Shown here: positions 57,119 through 64,000 of the stretch, in pieces
How positions within the stretch are numbered: the stretch's first letter is position 1
How the letters are laid out: every line of letters begins with the position of its first letter
Origin: Treponema sp.
GTDB lineage: Bacteria > Spirochaetota > Spirochaetia > Treponematales > Treponemataceae
DNA: 64,000 bases
Assembly: GCA_017381365.1 (NCBI GenBank)
Contig: JAFOCI010000041.1
Span: 9,963-73,962 of the forward strand
Reading direction: 5' to 3'
The notes under the pieces: generated by a model
What the model was told of the DNA's origin: nothing
Databases searched by the model: none
The model's input: the letters and a program-made list of their open reading frames with translations, nothing else
Program-made: the position numbers and the translations under genes

Positions 57119-59458
57119 TTAGAATTCAAAAATATTTGGTACAGAACCGTTACCAGCCATCAATGAAATTCCATCTTTTTCAACAGAAACTGTTTTGTCT
57201 TTTAAAGAAACCTTCATAAGTCTATCCCGGTTTGCCAGAGCTCCAGTTTCTGAATCTTCTTTTTTGCGGAAGCCATCATCAATTACATAAAGATAATCAT
57301 CTTTGATTGCGGCAAAATATCGTGGACCAAAGAAACTGCAATCAGCATCTTCTTCTGTTGGACCGTAATAAGAAAAATACGTAGCCTCAGTAGAAGAAGT
57401 GCTACCTGAATAATACCCGTCGCTCATTTTTATTACAGTTTCTTGTGAAAAATTTGCTGTAAGCCCTACGTTACCAAAGCTATTGTCATACTCATAAGGC
57501 ACTGCTGCATCGTCACCTTTATAAGTAAGTCTTGCAACAAAACCATACGAATGATGACCATCTCCATAATAATAAGATATAGATGTGCCATAAAGCAAAT
57601 AAATATCAGAACCAACTGCCTGAATATCTGTTAATTTTATATCTAAAGAGCCGCAGATAGAAACATTATCTATATATGTTATGTATTCAAGCGCATTGCC
57701 TTCTTTTATCTTAAGAATATGCAATTTTGTCGAATAAGTATCATGCTTTACATAAAGAACAATGTAATTATTGTATACGGCAAAATCAACATTGCCATCC
57801 AATGACTCTATTTGCGCTGCATTAATCAATCCAGTCATATTATAATGCTGCAATTCTGCTTCTTCTGTAATGGAATCTGTAGAAAGCATATAATAATTAG
57901 GAGATTCCATACTTGGCCAATATGCCATGCCTAGCATCCAGTATTTTTTTGTTACACTATCGTAAGCGATTCTTTTACCAATAAGTTCTCCCTGACCTCC
58001 AGTATTTCCATCAGTAGTAAGCCAGTTTACAGCAGTTCCTTCTAAAGTATCATATTCAAGCTTAGAATTAGTTGCAAGTTCCATACCAGGTTTATTCTGG
58101 CTGCACATTATTTTGTAGTTTTCAGACTCCTTCTCTTGATAATACAAATAAGTTTTTCCCGCATCTGCAGTTACGTTAAATTTGTAACCTGAAATTTCAT
58201 TTTCTGTACCAGGAATTACAAACCTGCTGTCTACATTATATGCAGAAATATATCCTTTACTATTATTATAATCCTGATTTTCCACATAGAAAGCATAGCT
58301 GTTGTAATTTGCGCTTGCAGCTGGCTTCTCAACAGTAAATTTATAAACTGCCTGATACCATACTTCGGCAATTTTTACTGTACATGTAAGAACATTTGTT
58401 TTTTCGTATTCCAGTCCAGGTGTTGCAAGAGAAACAGAACATGGATTTACACTATCAACAACACCGTCAAGTTTCTTTCCATTTAATTCCCAACGCCATT
58501 CATCTGCTGGAACATACGAGAAATTTTCCGGGTCAAAACTTATTAAGTCAGTTTCATAAGGTACAAAAAAGAACTTGATTTCGTTATCATTTAAAGGAAG
58601 AGTACTAGTTTCAGTATAATTATAAAAATGCTGGAGTTCGCCGCCATTATATAAAGTTCCGCAAAGCTTGAATTTTGTATTCAAATTTACGATTACTGGC
58701 TGCTCAACAGTAAAATTATAAACAGCCTGATACGATACTTCGCCAATTTTTACTGTACATGTAAGAACATTTGTTTTTTCGGATTCCAGTCCAGATGTTT
58801 TAAGAGAAACAGAACATGGATTTACACTATTAACACCACCGTCAAGTTCATTTCCATTTAATTCCCAACGCCATTCATCTGCAGGAACAGACGAGAAATT
58901 TTCCGGGTCAAAATTTGTTAAGTCAGTTTCATAAGGCACAAAAAAGAACGTGATTTCGTTATCTTTTAAAGGAAGGATTCCAGCTTCACCCTCATCATAA
59001 TAACGATTAATTTTTTCGCCATCATTTAAAATTCCGCAAAGCTTGAATTTTTTATTCAATACAATTTCTACTGGGGTATTGCCTTCAAGAACGAAAACGT
59101 CTTTTGAACCTTCAAAATATACTGTGCCACTAGAACCAATTATCTGCATTTTAACAGTAACAACAGTTTTAACAGGCAATCCTGCAACAGAAAATGTCAG
59201 ATTATCGTTTTCTGAAACAGCTTTTGAAGTGCTGTGAATCTCCGATGAACCATTTGTTACGATTAATCTGGCTGTAAAGTTTTCCTGAACACTTGAGCTT
59301 ACATTTCCACGCGATGAACCAGAATTAAGTTTTGACAGAATTGTACCTGAATTCAGCTGTACAAAAATGCAACCTCTTTCTTCATCATGCTCTAACATTG
59401 AACATGACCAAAACAAAGCAATGAACAAAAAAAACAGAATTGTTTGTATTTTTTTCAT
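57119..59458 (-). CDS. Large putative lipoprotein with two tandem 125-aa domains
   Basis: Start set at MKKIQTILFFLFIALFWSCS (loose spirochaete-type lipobox). Has an internal duplication containing ADEWRWELNG. Confidence 0.55.
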   Translation of the reverse strand: MKKIQTILFFLFIALFWSCSMLEHDEERGCIFVQLNSGTILSKLNSGSSRGNVSSSVQENFTARLIVTNGSSEIHSTSKAVSENDNLTFSVAGLPVKTVVTVKMQIIGSSGTVYFEGSKDVFVLEGNTPVEIVLNKKFKLCGILNDGEKINRYYDEGEAGILPLKDNEITFFFVPYETDLTNFDPENFSSVPADEWRWELNGNELDGGVNSVNPCSVSLKTSGLESEKTNVLTCTVKIGEVSYQAVYNFTVEQPVIVNLNTKFKLCGTLYNGGELQHFYNYTETSTLPLNDNEIKFFFVPYETDLISFDPENFSYVPADEWRWELNGKKLDGVVDSVNPCSVSLATPGLEYEKTNVLTCTVKIAEVWYQAVYKFTVEKPAASANYNSYAFYVENQDYNNSKGYISAYNVDSRFVIPGTENEISGYKFNVTADAGKTYLYYQEKESENYKIMCSQNKPGMELATNSKLEYDTLEGTAVNWLTTDGNTGGQGELIGKRIAYDSVTKKYWMLGMAYWPSMESPNYYMLSTDSITEEAELQHYNMTGLINAAQIESLDGNVDFAVYNNYIVLYVKHDTYSTKLHILKIKEGNALEYITYIDNVSICGSLDIKLTDIQAVGSDIYLLYGTSISYYYGDGHHSYGFVARLTYKGDDAAVPYEYDNSFGNVGLTANFSQETVIKMSDGYYSGSTSSTEATYFSYYGPTEEDADCSFFGPRYFAAIKDDYLYVIDDGFRKKEDSETGALANRDRLMKVSLKDKTVSVEKDGISLMAGNGSVPNIFEF
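58328..59077. repeat. Tandem duplication, 2 x 375 bp, inside the lipoprotein gene
   Basis: CTCAACAGTAAA... starts at both 58328 and 58703. Long identical runs are present, e.g. ACTGTACATGTAAGAACATTTGTTTTTTCG in both copies. Confidence 0.9.
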
Positions 59459-59653
59459 GTGTATGCCTGCCCTTCTCCACAATATTTTTTCCATATATTA
59501 AATACACTTTATTTTAAAGAAAAAATTATGGTTTATCTAGACTTTTAAGGGTCGTCTGGATTTTTTTGTGATAATTTTTTTCATAAAACAGACACTTAGA
59601 CCAAATTTAACTATTACAATAAAAAAACAAACCATAAAAAATGCTCATTTTTA

Positions 59654-60019
59654 ATGCAAACTACAGATTTTAGTTGTATAATTTTAGGCATGATAATCAA
59701 CTTTAACGAAATCTCAGAAACAGAAATTCAGCATATGCACAACGGGGATAGTTTTATTTGTGCAAAAATGATGATGACTCCTGAAAGCAAAGTAATGTAT
59801 CAGCGCCTTCCTGCCGGCAGTTCTATTGGAAGACACAAAATGACTAACGGCAGCGAAACAAATTACATTATTTCTGGAAGTGGTTCTCAAATCTGTGATG
59901 GCGTTGAAGAAGTTTTTTCTGAAGGAATGTGCATTTACTGCCCAAAAGATTCTTCTCACAGCATTACAAATACAGGAAATTCAGATTTAATTCTTTTTAC
60001 TGTTATATCATTAAAATAA
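59654..60019 (+). CDS. Cupin-domain protein
   Basis: Cupin_2-like GSSIGRHKMTNGSETNYIISGSG...GMCIYCPKDSSHSITNTG. The start is uncertain (ATG at 59654 or 59690). Confidence 0.6.
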   Translation: MQTTDFSCIILGMIINFNEISETEIQHMHNGDSFICAKMMMTPESKVMYQRLPAGSSIGRHKMTNGSETNYIISGSGSQICDGVEEVFSEGMCIYCPKDSSHSITNTGNSDLILFTVISLK

Positions 60020-60215
60020 TCACTGATTCCAGGTGCATTCCGTGATTCTGGGCAAACCGTTTCATAATGGTTGTTTTTCCAAATCCAGGATTAGACATAA
60101 ACAAAACAGGAACTTTTGATTCAAGAGAAATGGAAACTGCATCTACATTATAAAAATGCTTCCAGTCAGAAAAAGGCTTACTGATGCTTTTACTTGATAA
60201 ACCTATGTACTTTGG
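60003..60215 (-). pseudogene. Fragment of a P-loop ATPase gene (Walker A only)
   Basis: Open frame with no start codon reads ...SDWKHFYNVDAVSISLESKVPVLFMSNPGFGKTTIMKRFAQNHGMHLESVIILMI-stop. Walker A lies at 60069-60086. Confidence 0.35.
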
Positions 60216-60229
60216 TTTATACTAATTAT

Positions 60230-60673
60230 ATGAACATGACACCTACATTGCGGGAAACTATTGAACTGATTAATCAAGTTTCTGGCGAAATTAAAGAAAT
60301 TGCGGAATCAATTACGCAAGTTTCCATGCTTGCAAAAAAAGACAGACTTCTGGAATGTGCGGAAGAATTGAAGAGTGCGGAAACAAAAATTCAGCAGTCT
60401 ATTGATTTTATGTACTTTGGACAGAAAAGCGGCGGGCAGCGCAGCACTATGCGCAAAACCAGAGCTGTGCAGGAAAACGGAAAAAAAGGCGGAAGACCCA
60501 GCAAAAAAATCGTTATGGCAGTGACCTTTGAAGAAAGCAAAAGTAGCTGTAGAGTAACCTTTGATGACGGCAGCCATAAAAACGTAAAGGGTGGAATTCA
60601 GGAAGCTGCAAAAGCTTTTCCACAGAGCCGTTACAAATGGGATGAAAAGGCTCTTTTGGATTTGAACCGCTAA
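60230..60673 (+). CDS. Hypothetical protein with a basic GKKGGRPSKK segment
   Basis: The track ORF starts at TTG 60194, and the first ATG is at 60230 (MNMTPTLRE...). TTGATA-18-TATACT ends 6 nt before this ATG. Confidence 0.45.
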   Translation: MNMTPTLRETIELINQVSGEIKEIAESITQVSMLAKKDRLLECAEELKSAETKIQQSIDFMYFGQKSGGQRSTMRKTRAVQENGKKGGRPSKKIVMAVTFEESKSSCRVTFDDGSHKNVKGGIQEAAKAFPQSRYKWDEKALLDLNR

Positions 60674-60696
60674 ATATAGCAAAAAAATTTTTTGGC

Positions 60697-60861
60697 GAGG
60701 TTGTCCAATAAGTTTGCATTACGGTGGTTGAGTTTATCGAAACCACCACATTTAGTGTGATGGTCATTTCGACAGGTGGTTCCTGAGTCCTTCGACAGGC
60801 TCAGGAACCACCTGTCGAAGGGCTCAATGACCACTGCAATTTATACTTTTGGGACAGCCTC
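60697..60861. repeat. Nested-palindrome intergenic repeat, copy D (longest, with an extra internal hairpin module)
   Basis: Equal to the reverse complement of copy B plus an extra palindromic block of about 45 bp, GTGGTTCCTGAGTCCTTCGACAGGCTCAGGAACCACCTGTCGAAG. Confidence 0.85.
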
Positions 60862-60895
60862 ATGCAATTTTTTTTAATTTTTTTTCAAAATTCAC

Positions 60896-60924
60896 TTGAA
60901 ATCTGAACAATAGTATCGTATACT
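60896..60924 (+). promoter_or_regulatory. Sigma70-type promoter TTGAAA-17-TATACT
   Basis: -35 at 60896-60901, -10 at 60919-60924, exact 17-nt spacer. Confidence 0.5.
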
Positions 60925-60930
60925 ATAAAT

Positions 60931-61025
60931 AGCTTGTAAATAAGCTGATAAACTCTCTCCGATGTCCGTGAAAATCGGACAACGAAGGCTCTGGATACGT
61001 TGTGTTCGGAGCCTTCGTTTTTTTT
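60931..61025 (+). ncRNA. Candidate short structured transcript: sRNA or terminator-type cis leader of the downstream YkgJ-like gene
   Basis: Follows the promoter above. Hairpins AGCTT-N6-AAGCT and TCCGAT-N10-ATCGGA, then terminator stem 60983-60992 / 61008-61017 followed by T8 (61018-61025). No plausible ORF. Confidence 0.35.
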
Positions 61026-61082
61026 AACTTGCCATTTAACCTTTCTGCAAGATACAATAGTCTGCAAACAACAGGAAAAATT

Positions 61083-61553
61083 ATGGAATCAGAAAAAGAA
61101 CCTTTTTATAAAGACGGATTAAATTTTGGCTGTCAGCGATGTTCCTTCTGCTGTGGTCATTCGCCAGGATTTGTATATCTTTCAAGGCGAGATTTAACTG
61201 CACTGTGCGATTTTTTCAAATTATCTGTAAAAGAATTTGTAGAAAAATACTGCCGATGGGCAGACTATTATTATGGAACAAAAGTTCTTGCATTGCAGGA
61301 ACAAAAAAATTACGACTGCATTTTATGGAACAGCGGCTGTACTGCTTATGAAGCGCGCCCAATTCAGTGTTCAACATACCCTTTCTGGAGCTGGATGCTG
61401 GAAGACCGAAAAACCTGGGACGAATGTGCCGCAGAATGCCCTGGCATGAACAAAGGCCGTGTATGGAGCTTTGAAGAAATCGAAGAAAACCGCAAAAAAT
61501 ACGATGAAAACAAACCGCTCCACAAAGAAGATCTGGAAGAGGAACTTAAATAG
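61083..61553 (+). CDS. YkgJ-family cysteine-cluster (Zn/Fe-S) protein
   Basis: Start moved to MESEKEPF (AGGAAA upstream). CQRCSFCCG and CTAYEARPIQCSTYPFW motifs. Confidence 0.7.
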   Translation: MESEKEPFYKDGLNFGCQRCSFCCGHSPGFVYLSRRDLTALCDFFKLSVKEFVEKYCRWADYYYGTKVLALQEQKNYDCILWNSGCTAYEARPIQCSTYPFWSWMLEDRKTWDECAAECPGMNKGRVWSFEEIEENRKKYDENKPLHKEDLEEELK

Positions 61554-61564
61554 ACGTAATGCAG

Positions 61565-61591
61565 CAGTGGTTAAGCTTGTTGAAACCACTG
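61565..61591. terminator. Single-hairpin element related to the repeat family, between convergent genes
   Basis: CAGTGGTT-N11-AACCACTG, preceded by CGTAATGCA as in the repeat family. Lies between stops at 61553 (+) and 61600 (-). Confidence 0.4.
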
Positions 61592-61599
61592 TAAACATT

Positions 61600-63153
61600 C
61601 TAGAACTGTGCGTACATAAATCCAGAGTCGCCAGAAGCAAAAGAAAAAGACAGAATTACAAGAATAAGAGGAATGTAATAAGCAAGCCAGCGCAGTGCGA
61701 TATTTTTTTTCTGTATTTCCTTGTAAACGTCAATTTTGTTTTCTTTATAAACGCTTACGACAAAAACAATTATGGTACTAACAGTCACAAGAATTATCTG
61801 AGATTCAAAATAGGAAATATGCCCAAAAATTGTTATCAGATAATCCCGGTTTAGTAAAAGCTTTAGCGAACCGAATTTTGTGAATGTATTTTTAAGAAAA
61901 ATAAACGATTTTGACACATCAGCAATGGAGTCGAAATACCAGCCAATATTCACAATAAAAAAAGTACGCAGAATTCTAAAAAGATGCATTCCTCTGCTCT
62001 TTTCATTTATATGAAGAATCTGATTTAGTTTTGCAAATGCAGGACTTAGAATATCGCTGAATGCAATTACAAGTCCGTTATACAAGCCCCAGATTAAAAA
62101 ATGCAGTTCAGGTCCATGCCACACACCAACCAGCACAAAAACTATTATGTTTGCAACACAAGCTGGCAGAACACGACCAAAATGTTTTCCAAAATGCACA
62201 TTACACCATTTTCCAAAATCCTGCATTTTTTTTGTTAGTGCGATTGGATAGAATACATAATCCCTCATCCATGCGCCAAGACTTATGTGCCAGCGCTGCC
62301 AGAATTTTGCAAGGCTTGTAGAAAAATACGGCTGCTTAAAATTCGGCTGCATTTCCAGACCGAACAGTTCTGCAATTCCAAGCACCATGTCTATTCCACC
62401 AGAAAAATCTGCATACTGATAAACTGCATACATTAAAATTCCCACAGCAATAATAACTCCAGGCATCTGAGTATTAGACGAATTCAAAACATCTGTAACG
62501 CGGGAACACAACAAATCTGCAATTGCATATTTTTTCATAGCACCAAACAGAATCAGCATCACCCCATGCTTGATTTTTTCAAAATCAAAACTGTGTGATT
62601 CCTGCATCTGTTTTCCAAGAAGATTGTAACGGTTTATTGGCCCCATAATAAGCTGGGGAAAAAACGAGATAAAAGCAAAATATTTTAAGAAATTCCGTTC
62701 ATGCTGATATTTTGAATTGTAAACATCCATAAAATAGGCAATTGACTGAAACGTGTAATAGGAAATTCCTAAAGGCAAAAGCAGCGTTTTAGAACCGATA
62801 AATACGTTTATATATTTAAGATATGCCAGAACTCCGACGTTTACAAAAAGCATTGCAACTAGAACCAGACGTTTCTGCACAAGTGTTTTCTGTTTTTCCG
62901 ATTTAAAATCTTCTTTTGAAAGCTCCTGTTTTTTTGCCTTAAGTCTGTCATTCAGAGTTCCTGCAATGCGGGCTGCAAAAAAAGTAACAATAGAACTTAA
63001 GAAAATAAATGCAAAATTTCCGATTCCCGTAAAAGCATAAAAAACTGCGTTTGCCGCTAAAAGACAGCACCATTGAATTTTCTTTGGACAAAGATAGTAA
63101 CAAGCAAGAGAAATAATTAAAAATGCGGCAAAAGTATTAGAAAGTAAATTCAT
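61600..63153 (-). CDS. MBOAT-family membrane O-acyltransferase (AlgI/DltB-like)
   Basis: 517 aa and polytopic, FWQRWHISLGAWMRDYVFYP, VGVWHG. Confidence 0.85.
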   Translation of the reverse strand: MNLLSNTFAAFLIISLACYYLCPKKIQWCCLLAANAVFYAFTGIGNFAFIFLSSIVTFFAARIAGTLNDRLKAKKQELSKEDFKSEKQKTLVQKRLVLVAMLFVNVGVLAYLKYINVFIGSKTLLLPLGISYYTFQSIAYFMDVYNSKYQHERNFLKYFAFISFFPQLIMGPINRYNLLGKQMQESHSFDFEKIKHGVMLILFGAMKKYAIADLLCSRVTDVLNSSNTQMPGVIIAVGILMYAVYQYADFSGGIDMVLGIAELFGLEMQPNFKQPYFSTSLAKFWQRWHISLGAWMRDYVFYPIALTKKMQDFGKWCNVHFGKHFGRVLPACVANIIVFVLVGVWHGPELHFLIWGLYNGLVIAFSDILSPAFAKLNQILHINEKSRGMHLFRILRTFFIVNIGWYFDSIADVSKSFIFLKNTFTKFGSLKLLLNRDYLITIFGHISYFESQIILVTVSTIIVFVVSVYKENKIDVYKEIQKKNIALRWLAYYIPLILVILSFSFASGDSGFMYAQF

Positions 63154-63163
63154 TTAAAATTCC

Positions 63164-64000
63164 TTAGAACGCAATGTAGCTTGAAACTACTTCATTATTC
63201 TGAACGCCGTTTACATAGCTTTTTATCATAAGTTGTCCAAAACCACTTTTTGGAAAAACAACTGTAGACTCCGAAGTTCTTTCGCCAAGAATTTCTGTAT
63301 TTCCGTCAAAAACAGCACAAACGTCGTAAGTAATTTCTTCTGGGCTAACATTATTTGAAAGCGGAATAATTTCAAGAGATTTGTGATCTTCCGCAGTTAT
63401 AAGCTGCAGTCCAAAAATGCGTTTTTTCTGGTTTTTCATTTTTTCTGAATACGACTGATAGAATGCATCTTCCCTGCTGATTTTGCCCGTAAAGAATTTG
63501 CAAAAGCTTTCTGTGAATTTCTGAACGCCAGACATATTCAAATGGTTGTCGTCGCTAAAATCCTTGTCTTCCAGATTAAGAAAATTCTCTTTACACAGAT
63601 TAAAATCAAAATAATCGTAGCCATACTGAGCGGCAAACTGACGAACAAAATCAAAATATTCGTCGTAATTTCCTTTTGCATTCAGATAAAAATCTGTTAC
63701 CGGCATGGAATACAAGACCAGCTCAATATCATTCTGTTGACAAATCCTAATAATTTCCGCTACAGAATTTTTCCATGTATCTGAAATTTCTGTCAGCTTA
63801 ATAGGATCTTCTTTTTCTGTGGTATAAATTGAACCATTTTCAAAAAAATCAGTATCAAGAACACAGCCTTTTCCTGCATAAAATGATTTCTTGTCGTTAT
63901 ATTCGTATTTAAAATATTTTCCAGAAACAACAGATTTAAATTTTGCCGCCACTTTTTTGGGATTCAAATCCATAAATTTATCTTTTCCAATAGGAAGCAA
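63164..64000 (-). CDS. SGNH-like accessory protein of the MBOAT acyltransferase (DltD/AlgJ/DHHW-type), 5'-partial
   Basis: The ORF runs off the window end. FSDDNHLNMSG resembles the SGNH block V D-x-x-H. It lies immediately upstream of the MBOAT gene. Confidence 0.45.
   Translation of the reverse strand: MLPIGKDKFMDLNPKKVAAKFKSVVSGKYFKYEYNDKKSFYAGKGCVLDTDFFENGSIYTTEKEDPIKLTEISDTWKNSVAEIIRICQQNDIELVLYSMPVTDFYLNAKGNYDEYFDFVRQFAAQYGYDYFDFNLCKENFLNLEDKDFSDDNHLNMSGVQKFTESFCKFFTGKISREDAFYQSYSEKMKNQKKRIFGLQLITAEDHKSLEIIPLSNNVSPEEITYDVCAVFDGNTEILGERTSESTVVFPKSGFGQLMIKSYVNGVQNNEVVSSYIAF

Noticed and set aside
60931-61025. Assignment of the structured leader to a known riboswitch class (TPP, preQ1, fluoride, c-di-GMP, ZTP, guanidine)
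   Set aside because: None of the conserved core sequences I can recall for these classes is present. Only the generic promoter/hairpin/terminator architecture is supported.
1-64000. CRISPR arrays, tRNA/rRNA genes, IS transposases or integrases
   Set aside because: No regularly spaced direct repeats, no tRNA-like T-arm or acceptor patterns, and no transposase or integrase-like ORFs were seen. The repeats present are palindromic REP/MITE-like elements without coding capacity.

Overview
AT-rich bacterial chromosomal window. It is probably from a Treponema-like spirochaete, judged from lipobox-rich lipoproteins, a CHASE2 cyclase with FecR, and a NusG paralog; this cannot be verified without a database search. 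No rRNA, tRNA or CRISPR array was seen. Positions 927-29006 form one tightly packed minus-strand surface-glycan operon of about 28 kb. It is headed by a specialised NusG paralog and encodes a WbpA/B/E/D-type diacetamido-uronic-acid pathway, an amidotransferase, three DegT aminotransferases, Wzx, Wzy, several glycosyltransferases, acyltransferases, and two paralogous pairs of FemAB-like and deacetylase-like genes. Three conflict-type cassettes are interleaved in this operon. The first is an ABC-type ATPase plus a DUF4276/RloB-like protein (4005-5800). The second is a SAMHD1-like HD phosphohydrolase plus a small ORF with its own promoter (20240-22284). The third, and the best candidate for an undescribed system, is an ABC/OLD-type ATPase plus a small PD-(D/E)xK-like protein (25485-27183). 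This third cassette sits next to the 3' relic of an acetyltransferase gene it apparently replaced. The rest of the window holds a truncated Fic gene, a second glycosyltransferase cluster, and an HD-GYP sensor split by a T8 frameshift. It also holds an ABC importer, rfbD, an M18 aminopeptidase, and a FecR/OMP/CHASE2-cyclase cluster. The 3' part carries a three-lipoprotein operon with a 375-bp tandem duplication, a family of nested-palindrome intergenic repeats, a promoter-hairpin-terminator unit (candidate sRNA or leader), and an MBOAT/SGNH pair. The ORF track accepts GTG and TTG as start codons, so several starts were moved to ATGs with Shine-Dalgarno support.
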